DNA of 64,000 nucleotides from Eubacteriales bacterium (GTDB lineage Bacteria; Bacillota; Clostridia; Oscillospirales; CAG-382): the NCBI GenBank assembly GCA_041672465.1, contig JBAYZO010000007.1, positions 367-64,366 on the forward strand, written 5' to 3'. A program made the translations under genes and the position numbers. Shown here in pieces: positions 43,649-51,927 of the stretch (position 1 is the stretch's first letter; every line of letters begins with the position of its first letter). Below the pieces are notes generated by a model. That model did no database searches and was not told where the DNA came from. It was given only the letters and a program-made list of their open reading frames with translations.

Positions 43649-44779
43649 ATGCGTGAAATGAATAACGACCAAACCATGTATAACGCTCGGGAAGTTCAAA
43701 GCGACAGAGAAACCATCTCAAATAAAAATAAAAAAGAAAATATGGTCAGCGAAATTTTCGCCGGTATTAATTCTTCCGACGGCTATAAACCGCTGATTGA
43801 GGGGTATGTCAAAAACTGCGATTGCGTTTATATTTTAAAAGGCTCGCCCGGCTGCGGGAAGTCCACGCTGTTAAAGCGCCTTTTCGCCAAAGCGGTGGTT
43901 AAAAACGAACGCGTCACCGCCGTCAAATGCTCGTCTGACCCGCAGTCTTTTGACGCGGTTGTGTTTGGAGACCGCGGAATCGCCGTCGCCGACGGCACAA
44001 AACCGCATGTCCTTGAACCCTCGCTGCCGGGCGTGCGGGAAGCGCTAATTAATCTTTCGGAAAACCTTGACGCCGAAGTGCTTTTAACAAATAAAGAAAC
44101 CCTTGAACGGCTGAACTCAAAGAAAAGCCTGTCATATGACTGCGCCTACTCGTTTTTAACCGCCGGGGCAAAAGTGGCGGAAACGGAGGATCTTATACTC
44201 TCTGACGGCGTTGACGACGGCAAGCTTAGGGTTTTTTGCGAAAGGTTTATTAAAAACCGTCTGAAATCTCAGCCGGACTTCCGATTTTCCCTCCTCCCCG
44301 CTTTTTGCTTTTGCGGGCAGGGGTTTGTCTTTCTGCCTATCGGCTCAAAGCCCGTCACTTACGGAGTAAAAGATTTTTGCGGGCTTTCGGAACTTCTTTT
44401 GTCTCAGCTTTGTTTTCAGGCGCTTGAACGCGGAATAAACACCGCCATTGTTCCCTCTCCCGTGAATATAAATAAAATTTCCGGGCTGTTTTTTATCCGC
44501 GACAACATACTTGTACTCTCCGAGCGGTATATGGAATCCGCAAGCGAAAAGAAGATAAACCCGCTCCGCTTTGTCTACCCGGAATTCCTTAAACAAAACC
44601 GCTCTAAACTTAAGTTTCTTAACAAAATTTACGAAGAACTGCTGGGTCAGGCGCGGGAATTCTTCTCCGACGCGCGGTCCTGCCACAAGGGTCTTGAAAA
44701 TATATATACTTTCGCCAATGATTTTGCGAAAGCCGACGAGGCCGCCGATTTTTTAAGGCGGGAGATTTTCGGCGAATAA
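43649..44779 (+). CDS. P-loop NTPase, function unknown
   Basis: Walker A ILKGSPGCGKSTLLKRL. The start is uncertain (43649, or the internal Met at MVSEIF). No further family recognised. Confidence 0.5.
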   Translation: MREMNNDQTMYNAREVQSDRETISNKNKKENMVSEIFAGINSSDGYKPLIEGYVKNCDCVYILKGSPGCGKSTLLKRLFAKAVVKNERVTAVKCSSDPQSFDAVVFGDRGIAVADGTKPHVLEPSLPGVREALINLSENLDAEVLLTNKETLERLNSKKSLSYDCAYSFLTAGAKVAETEDLILSDGVDDGKLRVFCERFIKNRLKSQPDFRFSLLPAFCFCGQGFVFLPIGSKPVTYGVKDFCGLSELLLSQLCFQALERGINTAIVPSPVNINKISGLFFIRDNILVLSERYMESASEKKINPLRFVYPEFLKQNRSKLKFLNKIYEELLGQAREFFSDARSCHKGLENIYTFANDFAKADEAADFLRREIFGE

Positions 44780-44864
44780 TCCCCCTGCCGTTTGCCCTAA
44801 TTTTGCATAACGACATGCTTTTTATAATATAATTGTAGTGATGTAAAAATAAAGGGAGGCGAAC

Positions 44865-45275
44865 ATGAAAAACTCCGCTAACATTAAAAAGTTTTTGTAT
44901 TCTGTTTTAATAACAATTTCGTCGCTCGCGGCGCTGACGGTAACGCTCGCGTTTCTGCTTTATAAGAGCGACATGGGCAACGACCTTGTGGGGCTGTCGG
45001 CGGCGGGCGCCGCCTTTGTCTCTACGCTCGCGGGGAGTTACTACTACGGAAAATCAACGGGGAACCCTTACTCGTCGCTGATAAGCGCGGCTTTTGTCTT
45101 GGCGATTTTGACTTTTATAAGCTTGGGGACTTCAAAAAGCGAGTATTCGCTCCCTTTCACCGTACCCGTTTGCTGCGCCGCGGGAGGGGTCGCGCCTTTT
45201 TTCGCCTTTTCAAAATCCCCGAAAAATTCCGCCAAGAAGATTAAAAGGTTAAAAAAACTCCGCAGGGCGAGATAG
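44865..45275 (+). CDS. small membrane protein (about 4 TM) with a basic C-terminal tail
   Basis: RBS AAGGGAGG. Hydrophobic segments. The tail reads KNSAKKIKRLKKLRRAR. Confidence 0.55.
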   Translation: MKNSANIKKFLYSVLITISSLAALTVTLAFLLYKSDMGNDLVGLSAAGAAFVSTLAGSYYYGKSTGNPYSSLISAAFVLAILTFISLGTSKSEYSLPFTVPVCCAAGGVAPFFAFSKSPKNSAKKIKRLKKLRRAR

Positions 45276-45298
45276 AAAAAAATTTTTTCAAAAATAAA

Positions 45299-45348
45299 CA
45301 GCGCATATTCTAAAACAAAGGTTTGTTTAGGATATGCGCTGCGTTTTG
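45299..45348 (+). terminator. rho-independent terminator
   Basis: CAGCGCATAT pairs with ATATGCGCTG (10 bp), followed by CGTTTTG. Confidence 0.65.
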
Positions 45349-45393
45349 AATGTAATTGTCCTTTAGGCTTTGGTTTCGCTGAAAACGGCTACG

Positions 45394-46011
45394 TTAACCG
45401 TTTTTCGCGAGTTGATTTTTAGCTTTTTCAAGCACCACCGCCACCGGGGGCGCGATAATAACCGTCGAGGCGAACTCAAACACAAAATTGATGCCGGTGA
45501 GGAAGATAAATAAAATATACATAGCTCCCGCGCCCTCGCTCAACATAAAGCCGCGCATGTTCTCGTTAAACATAAGGGCGTAACACAAGAGGAAAATACC
45601 CGTGTTTATTATCGGAGCCGCCACCGAGGCGATAAGAGCTCTGAGATATCTGCTTTTGACGGCTTTTGCCGACGCCTGATAAATGACGGCCGCTAAAAAG
45701 CCAACGAGAAGCCCTCTCCCCACGCAGGCGACAAAGGTGTAAAACCAGTTTATCGACAGCAGCATGGCGCCAAACACCTGAGTGCCCGTAATACATTGAA
45801 TAAAAACTGTAATCCCAAACGCCCCGCCGGCAATCGTGCCGGCCATCTTCCCATACAGCGCGGCGGCAAGAAGTATGGGAATAAGAACAAAGTTCAGGTT
45901 AATTTCCCCCACGGTGATTAGCCCCAGCGTCACCTGCAATACAACCACAATCGCCGCGAAAAATGCCGTGACGACGAGCTTGTATAATTTATCATTATTT
46001 CTTTCAGCCAT
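45394..46011 (-). CDS. ECF transporter S component (substrate unknown)
   Basis: 205 aa with 5-6 TM helices, starting LYKLVVTAFFAAIVVVLQ.... Only 72 nt separate it from the spoVG stop. Confidence 0.6.
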   Translation of the reverse strand: MAERNNDKLYKLVVTAFFAAIVVVLQVTLGLITVGEINLNFVLIPILLAAALYGKMAGTIAGGAFGITVFIQCITGTQVFGAMLLSINWFYTFVACVGRGLLVGFLAAVIYQASAKAVKSRYLRALIASVAAPIINTGIFLLCYALMFNENMRGFMLSEGAGAMYILFIFLTGINFVFEFASTVIIAPPVAVVLEKAKNQLAKNG

Positions 46012-46083
46012 GAATATTCTCCCCTTTCTATATAAGTAGTATTAATTTAACATTATATAGCTCAAAGGGAATAAAATCAAGTA

Positions 46084-46362
46084 TTAATTTGATATAATTT
46101 CGTTGCCGGCGACCATATTTTTGTGAAAATTTACTATTTGCGCGGCGATTTTATCTCTGAACGCGGAATTTATAGGATGCGCGATGTCCTTGTATAACCC
46201 CGTTGAAAGCTTTCTGTTAGGCATCACAACCATATAATCGGTTTCCCTTTTCACAAGCTTTACGTCGTGGAGCGCAAGCTCGTTATCGAACGTTATCGAG
46301 TATATCGCCTCGAGAGCGCCCTCGGGAAAATACTTCCTCAATTTGATGTCGGTGATTTCCAT
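46084..46362 (-). CDS. spoVG: septation protein SpoVG
   Basis: MEITDIKLRKY...ALEAIYSITFDNELALHDVKLV...DIAHPINSAFRDKI parallels SpoVG. RBS AAAGGAGAAAC. Confidence 0.9.
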   Translation of the reverse strand: MEITDIKLRKYFPEGALEAIYSITFDNELALHDVKLVKRETDYMVVMPNRKLSTGLYKDIAHPINSAFRDKIAAQIVNFHKNMVAGNEIISN

Positions 46363-46410
46363 TTTGTTTCTCCTTTTTGCATAAAAATTAACTTTGCCTT
46401 ATTTTGCCGT

Positions 46411-46466
46411 CCGCCGCCGGCAAGCTTGCGGAAAGATATGATTGTTAACGGAGCGGCGGTTTTTTT
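46411..46466 (+). terminator. orphan terminator-like hairpin on the plus strand
   Basis: CCGCCGC (46411-46417) pairs with GCGGCGG (46453-46459), followed by T7. No plus-strand gene lies upstream of it. Confidence 0.3.
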
Positions 46467-46515
46467 CGTATATCCTTATTATGGAAAACCAATGTTAAAA
46501 CTATTCAACAGCCGA

Positions 46516-46543
46516 TTGCTTTTTACAAAAAACATGCTATAAT
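46516..46543 (+). promoter_or_regulatory. sigma-A type promoter of murC (extended -10)
   Basis: TTGCTT (46516-46521), 16-nt spacer ending in TGC, TATAAT (46538-46543). Confidence 0.5.
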
Positions 46544-46596
46544 AACACTAAAGGCCGGTTTTTCCGGTCATAAAATTTATGGTGAAAGAAAATTAC

Positions 46597-47934
46597 ATGA
46601 AAAAGCTATTCAATTATAAAAAGGTTTATTTTGTGGGGATAGGCGGAATCAGCATGTCTTCGCTTGCGCTTATTCTTAAATCATGGGGAAAAGAAGTTTT
46701 GGGGTATGACAAAAACTTTTCCAAAGAGACCAAAAACCTTGAGGAAAACGAGGTTGAAGTGTCTTATTCCACCTCAGACCCCAACCTTGACGGCGTCGAC
46801 CTTTTGGTTTATACCGCCGCGGTGAACCTGACCCACCCGATAATTGCCGAAGCGGCTTCCCGCTCTGTTGAGATTATAAGCCGGGCGGAGCTGCTGGGCG
46901 AGATAGCCAAAGGTTACCCCGTGTCGATCGGGGTAGCCGGCACTCACGGAAAATCCACCACCAGCGGGATGATAGCAAAAATATACGACTTCATACCCGG
47001 CAAAAACCCCACTTTCGCTGTGGGCGCGCATCTTCCCTTCGCGTCCGGCTGTCACAAAATTGGTGACGGGGACACGTTTATTTTTGAGGCCGACGAGTAC
47101 AAGGACTCGTTTTTAAAGTTTTACCCCACCACCGCCGTGGTGCTAAACGTCTTCCGCGACCACCCTGACTATTTCGCTTCGCTGGAACAGCTAATAGAGT
47201 CTTTTTCAAAATACATATCGCATTCCAAAAAAGCGATCATAAACCTTGATTCGCCAGGGGCGGTGGAATCGGCTAAAAGCTTTGGCGGCGAGGTGTTTTA
47301 CTTTTCAACACAAAACAAAGCGGATTTTTACGCCGCCGATATAACCTGCGCCGGCGGGTATGAAACCTTTGACTTGTTTTACCCGGGCGGAGACTTGAAG
47401 ATCACCCTTTCCGTGCCCGGTCACCACAATGTGCAGAACGCCGTCGCCGCTTTTGCCGCCTGCTTTGTGAACGGACTTGAGCCAAGCGATATTTCGTCGG
47501 GCTTAATGAGCTTTACCGGAGTTTCGCGGCGTTTTGAAACAATCGGGAACATAAACGGCGCCGTGGTCATAAGCGACTACGCGCACCACCCGGACGAAGT
47601 CACCGCCTGCCTCACAACGGCGAAAAAAATCGCCCCGGGGCGGGTAATAACCGTTTTTCAGCCCCATACCTTTACAAGGCTTAAGGCGTTGTTCGGGGAT
47701 TTTGTGACTTCCTTTTCCCTCTCCGACCTCCTTGCCGTCACCGAGGTTTTCTCCGCCCGAGAGGGTTACTCATGCGGGGTTGACGGGAAGACGCTCGCCG
47801 AAAAAGCGGGGGGTGTCTACTGCGGGGATTTTAACTCCGCCGCGGAATTTATAAAGTCAAACGCCCGCCCCGGCGACTTTGTGGTGCTTATGGGCGCGGG
47901 GGATATCTATAAGGTTTTTGACCTGCTCGCCTGA
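46597..47934 (+). CDS. murC: UDP-N-acetylmuramate--L-alanine ligase
   Basis: YFVGIGGISMSSLALIL, GVAGTHGKSTTSGM and DYAHHPDE. An alternative start is at 46579. Confidence 0.9.
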   Translation: MKKLFNYKKVYFVGIGGISMSSLALILKSWGKEVLGYDKNFSKETKNLEENEVEVSYSTSDPNLDGVDLLVYTAAVNLTHPIIAEAASRSVEIISRAELLGEIAKGYPVSIGVAGTHGKSTTSGMIAKIYDFIPGKNPTFAVGAHLPFASGCHKIGDGDTFIFEADEYKDSFLKFYPTTAVVLNVFRDHPDYFASLEQLIESFSKYISHSKKAIINLDSPGAVESAKSFGGEVFYFSTQNKADFYAADITCAGGYETFDLFYPGGDLKITLSVPGHHNVQNAVAAFAACFVNGLEPSDISSGLMSFTGVSRRFETIGNINGAVVISDYAHHPDEVTACLTTAKKIAPGRVITVFQPHTFTRLKALFGDFVTSFSLSDLLAVTEVFSAREGYSCGVDGKTLAEKAGGVYCGDFNSAAEFIKSNARPGDFVVLMGAGDIYKVFDLLA

Positions 47935-47990
47935 CAAAAACGGCGTTTTTGCTTTATTTTGACCCGCGGTATATAAAAATTAAAAAAAAC

Positions 47991-48019
47991 TTGACAAACC
48001 GCGTACTTTATTATATACT
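47991..48019 (+). promoter_or_regulatory. sigma-A type promoter of rpmB
   Basis: TTGACA (47991-47996), 17-nt spacer, TATACT (48014-48019). Confidence 0.6.
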
Positions 48020-48095
48020 GGGACGCTAAGAAAAATTTTTACTTTTTCTTTACGGTTTTACTTTAATTATTTTCAAAATCCTGGAGGTGTTAGAT

Positions 48096-48284
48096 ATGGC
48101 AAAGTGCATGTACTGCGGCAAGGGCGTCTCTTTTGGTCACAATGTTTCCCACTCCAACAGAAAGACCAACAGAACTTGGAAACCCAATATCCGCAAGGTC
48201 CGCGCCACTGTCGACGGTTCAAACAAGACTGTTTCCGTCTGCGCCCGCTGCCTTAAGAGCGGCAGGGTCACAAGGGCGGTCTAA
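48096..48284 (+). CDS. rpmB: 50S ribosomal protein L28
   Basis: MAKCMYCGKGVSFGHNVSHSNRKTNRTWKPN. RBS GGAGGTG. Confidence 0.95.
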   Translation: MAKCMYCGKGVSFGHNVSHSNRKTNRTWKPNIRKVRATVDGSNKTVSVCARCLKSGRVTRAV

Positions 48285-48422
48285 CTTTCCACGCGCCGGG
48301 AAAACTTCGCTTCGCTGGGTTGTCACGAGTTTTTTCGGATTGATCTCCGCCGTTTTAACCTTTGGGACTTAAAACAACCGGAAAATTACTCACATAGCAT
48401 ATATCGCTTATAGTTACAGAAA

Positions 48423-48456
48423 AATAAACGGGTAAAAATAACCCGTTTATTTTTAT
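48423..48456. terminator. bidirectional hairpin terminator (rpmB / rubrerythrin)
   Basis: ATAAACGGGT (48424-48433) pairs with ACCCGTTTAT (48441-48450), flanked by an A-run and a T-run. Confidence 0.7.
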
Positions 48457-48503
48457 TCTTAGTTTGCCGTTATGTCTTTGGTTTCGCCGCGCTTCGCCAA
48501 GCT

Positions 48504-49046
48504 CTAAAACCTAAGCAGTCTTCTCAGGTAAATAAGCGGGAAACCGCAAAGCGGGCAAAGCTCACTTCGCATGTCTCTCCGCCTGAATCTCCGCGCATAG
48601 CCGCAGTTCTGGCATTTAAACACCGCCATATCCCCGGAATCGTTTTCTTCGGGCGCGGCGTCAAAATCCCGTATCAATCGGTTAAAAGCTTCCTCGTGTT
48701 CTTTTTCAACATCCGCCGCCATAAGGAATTTGCCCGAAAGCTCGTCAAAGCCCTCGTCCTCCGCGTCGGAAGCGGCTTTTCTGTACAGCGCCTGAGACTG
48801 TGATTCCGCTTTTGCCGCGCTCTCAAGATTTTGCTTAGTGTCGCCCATCCCGCCAAGCTCGCCCAGCCACACCCCGGCGTGGCCGAGCTCGTCGCCGGCG
48901 ACTTCGGCAAACGCCGACGAAATGTCCTCTCTTCCCTGAGAGAGCGCCTCCCGCGAGTATAACAGATATTTGGTTACACCCTCCGCTTCGCCGCGGAAAG
49001 CGTCCTCAAGGTTGCCTTGGGTAAGGGTATTATTATATTTATCCAA
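48504..49046 (-). CDS. rubrerythrin family protein
   Basis: Diiron ExxH motifs (GDELGHAG, EKEHEE) plus a C-terminal rubredoxin-like CQNCG...CPLCG. Confidence 0.85.
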   Translation of the reverse strand: MDKYNNTLTQGNLEDAFRGEAEGVTKYLLYSREALSQGREDISSAFAEVAGDELGHAGVWLGELGGMGDTKQNLESAAKAESQSQALYRKAASDAEDEGFDELSGKFLMAADVEKEHEEAFNRLIRDFDAAPEENDSGDMAVFKCQNCGYARRFRRRDMRSELCPLCGFPLIYLRRLLRF

Positions 49047-49065
49047 ACTTTATCACTCCGTACTT

Positions 49066-49099
49066 CCCAAAAAGCCGCTATGCTTTGCATTAGCGGCTT
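49066..49099 (-). terminator. rho-independent terminator after the GNAT gene
   Basis: On the minus strand, AAGCCGCTA pairs with TAGCGGCTT (9 bp), followed by TTTTGGG. Confidence 0.7.
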
Positions 49100-49153
49100 A
49101 CAAGGTTAATGGTTTAATACCATTATATGCGGAAGACAAAAAATGGCGAAAAA

Positions 49154-49732
49154 TTAGTTTGCGGCGAAAAAGTCGTCGTAAAGCATCGAATAAACAATTA
49201 TTGTCCGGTATGAACCCTTGACATAGATATGGTCGCGGAAGACCCCCTCTTTTCGGAACCCCAGCCGCTCCACCAGCCTTACCGACGCGTCGTTGCCCTC
49301 CATAATCCGCGCCTGAATCCGGTGGAGCCCAAGATAGGCGAAACCCACTTTTAGTATGACTTTTACCGCCTCGGTCATTATTCCCTTGCCGTGATAGTCC
49401 GGGTTCAGCACATAGCCTATCTCCCCCCAATTATTGTTGGTGTCAAGGTTGGCGAAACCTATAGTGCCGATAAAAGCCCCGTTTTCTTTGTATGTGATCC
49501 CCCAATCCGCGTAGTTGCCGCGCTTGTATTCGCGCTGGAGGTATTCAATATACCCCTTTGTCTCGGCAAGGTTTAGGTGCGGCGACCACAGCAGATATTT
49601 TGTGACTTCGCCCAGCGAGGCGTAGGAGTACATATCCCCGGCGTTTTCGGGGACTATTTTTTTAAGTATAAGCCTTTCGGTTGTCAGTTCGGGGAGAGCC
49701 GAAAACACTTTTCTGTACTTGGTGTTATCCAT
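49154..49732 (-). CDS. GNAT family N-acetyltransferase (RimJ/RimL-like)
   Basis: TERLILKKI...WGITYKENGAFIGTIGF...GYVLNPDYHGKGIMTEA...LHRIQARIMEGNDASVRLVERLGF. Confidence 0.8.
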   Translation of the reverse strand: MDNTKYRKVFSALPELTTERLILKKIVPENAGDMYSYASLGEVTKYLLWSPHLNLAETKGYIEYLQREYKRGNYADWGITYKENGAFIGTIGFANLDTNNNWGEIGYVLNPDYHGKGIMTEAVKVILKVGFAYLGLHRIQARIMEGNDASVRLVERLGFRKEGVFRDHIYVKGSYRTIIVYSMLYDDFFAAN

Positions 49733-49817
49733 AGCGAAAACCTTTTATGGCTTTAAAACTTTCATAGAGTTTAGTTTTTTAATTAAATAATTATTATGTA
49801 TTATGTATTATACTTGC

Positions 49818-50696
49818 TTAAGGCTGAGAAAGAATTTGCGCAAGTATGCTGTCAGGGCCTAAAATGACGGTCTTCTCACCGGTGAGGGAGATTTTAAGGG
49901 CGTCCAGCGCCTTGATAAAGGCGTAAAACTCTTCTTTTTCGGAAGTGTCATACGCGGCGGTGAGGATTCTCATATATTCCGCCTCGCCCTCGGCCTTTAT
50001 CTCTTCGGCGGTCAGTTTGGCGTTTGAAATTTGGGTGTTGTAATTTCTGTCGGCGGCGTTTCTTATAACCGCCGCGGCGGCCTCTCCCTTTGCCCTGTAT
50101 TCCTGCGCTATTTGGTTTCTTTCGGATATCATACGGTTAAAAACCTCGTTTTCGTTTGACTCGGGGAGGTCAAACCGCTTAATCTTGACGTCAAGAACCT
50201 CAATGCCATAGGGTTTTGCGGCTTCTTTTACAAGGGCGAAAATTTCTTCATATATCACGTTGCGCTCGGAGGGGTCGTCCGTGTTGATAACATCGTTTTG
50301 ATTAAGGTTGCCGAGCTTTGCCTTGATATTGTTGTAAGTGATGGTGTCAAGCCTTATCTGCGCCTCATATGTGCTCCCCGAAACCTTGGTGTGGAACAAG
50401 AGCGGGTCGATAATGCGCCATGTCACATAGCTGTCGGCTATCATCGCCGTTTTATCTTTCAAGTAAACGAGCGAGGGGTTTATGTCATAAAGCTGAGCTG
50501 ATTTTAAATAAGTCGCGACTTTGTCCACAAAGGGCATTTTAAGGTAAACGCCGGCTTCGGACTCTATTTTTACAACCTTGGAAAACCTCACGACAAGGGC
50601 GTGCTGGTCTTCCCTGACCACATAAAACATATCGAACAGAGCGATTACAAGAATCACGGCAACCACTACAGCCGAATAAATAAGAAACTTTTTCAT
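49818..50696 (-). CDS. hflC: SPFH/band-7 protein HflC
   Basis: N-terminal TM helix followed by an SPFH domain (VVREDQHALVVRFSKV...). Paired with an upstream HflK-like gene. Confidence 0.75.
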   Translation of the reverse strand: MKKFLIYSAVVVAVILVIALFDMFYVVREDQHALVVRFSKVVKIESEAGVYLKMPFVDKVATYLKSAQLYDINPSLVYLKDKTAMIADSYVTWRIIDPLLFHTKVSGSTYEAQIRLDTITYNNIKAKLGNLNQNDVINTDDPSERNVIYEEIFALVKEAAKPYGIEVLDVKIKRFDLPESNENEVFNRMISERNQIAQEYRAKGEAAAAVIRNAADRNYNTQISNAKLTAEEIKAEGEAEYMRILTAAYDTSEKEEFYAFIKALDALKISLTGEKTVILGPDSILAQILSQP

Positions 50697-50735
50697 ATAT
50701 CTTTATTTCCTTTCATAAATAATAACCGAGCTTTG

Positions 50736-51710
50736 CTAATTTCCGCTTTGATTGCCTGAATCCGTTCTCCCCAGCGGCAGGAACTTAAGTATGTCGCCGT
50801 TGCCGGTTGTGTCAATATAGACGGCGATATCGGGGAGTACCGCTTGAATACATTCGTAATACATTCGGGTTTTGGTTATCCCGGGGAAGCGCGAGTATTC
50901 CTCATACATGGCGTTGAACATCGCCACTTCCTCACGCGCCTCGTTTATCCGCGCCTGTTTTAAATATTCGGCGTTTTCAAGAATCGAGTTTTCCTGCGCC
51001 GCCGCCTCGGCCTCTTTGGTGTTTTTATAAGCGTTGGCGTTGTTGACAGCGGTTTTCGCGCCGGAATCGGCGTTCTTCACCGCGGCAAACGCGTCGCTGA
51101 CGGCATTTGTCGGGGGTTCCACGTCTTGGATTTTAATATCCACAAGCGCGAGCCCTATATCATAGTTTTCAAGCTCGCTTACCACCAAAGCTTTTATTTC
51201 CGCTTGTATCATCTCTTTGCTTTCGGTTAAAATCGGGTCGATTTCATAAGAACCTATGACGTTTCTTATTTGGCTTTGGGTAAGCATTTTTAAAATTTCT
51301 TCCGGCTGAGTTGAAGCGAAGATATACTTTTCCGGGTCTGAAATGCGATATTCCACGAAAAAGTCAATGCTTACGATATTAAAGTCGCCGGTAATCATGT
51401 TGCTCTCTGAGCTCACCGAAAAAGTCGACCCGTCGGAACGTGACCGATAGCCGATTTCAATAGACTTAATCTCGTTTATCTCGGCGTAATACACGTTTTG
51501 TATCCCGAAAGGAAGTTTGAAGTGTATCCCCGCATCCTCAATGGAAGTCACCTTCCCAAAAGTGGTAAGCACGGCCACTTCTTTGTCGCTCACCGTGTAA
51601 AACATTGATGAAAACAGCGATATGGCAAAGATTGCCACCGCCGCCACGGTGATGTAGATTATCATTTTTTTCTTGTTTTTGTTAAAGTCAAAGCTATTTT
51701 TACGATTCAT
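50736..51710 (-). CDS. hflK: SPFH/band-7 protein HflK
   Basis: N-terminal TM helix, an SPFH domain (VSDKEVAVLTTFGKV...HFKLPFGIQ) and a coiled-coil tail. Confidence 0.75.
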   Translation of the reverse strand: MNRKNSFDFNKNKKKMIIYITVAAVAIFAISLFSSMFYTVSDKEVAVLTTFGKVTSIEDAGIHFKLPFGIQNVYYAEINEIKSIEIGYRSRSDGSTFSVSSESNMITGDFNIVSIDFFVEYRISDPEKYIFASTQPEEILKMLTQSQIRNVIGSYEIDPILTESKEMIQAEIKALVVSELENYDIGLALVDIKIQDVEPPTNAVSDAFAAVKNADSGAKTAVNNANAYKNTKEAEAAAQENSILENAEYLKQARINEAREEVAMFNAMYEEYSRFPGITKTRMYYECIQAVLPDIAVYIDTTGNGDILKFLPLGRTDSGNQSGN

Positions 51711-51857
51711 TGCAATGCCTCCTTTTCAAGGGTATTATATAGTATAGAGCGGGAAATTACAACCTCTTTTTGGAGGTTTTACTCATTTATTAATTTCCAT
51801 ATACAACATTTTTTTATATTCCCCACAAAAGAAGGGGCGTTAATTTTGATTTAAGTA

Positions 51858-51886
51858 TTGACATAAAACCCTTTTTAGTGTATATT
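51858..51886 (+). promoter_or_regulatory. sigma-A type promoter (extended -10)
   Basis: TTGACA (51858-51863), 17-nt spacer ending in TG, TATATT (51881-51886). Confidence 0.55.
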
Positions 51887-51927
51887 AAAAAGGAATTATC
51901 CCGTTTATTTTTTTGGAGGTCCCTCAC

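Noticed and set aside
43482-43721. 79-aa minus-strand ORF in the AT-rich gap.
   Set aside because: It has no RBS, overlaps the start of the P-loop NTPase gene, and has the composition typical of AT-rich non-coding DNA.
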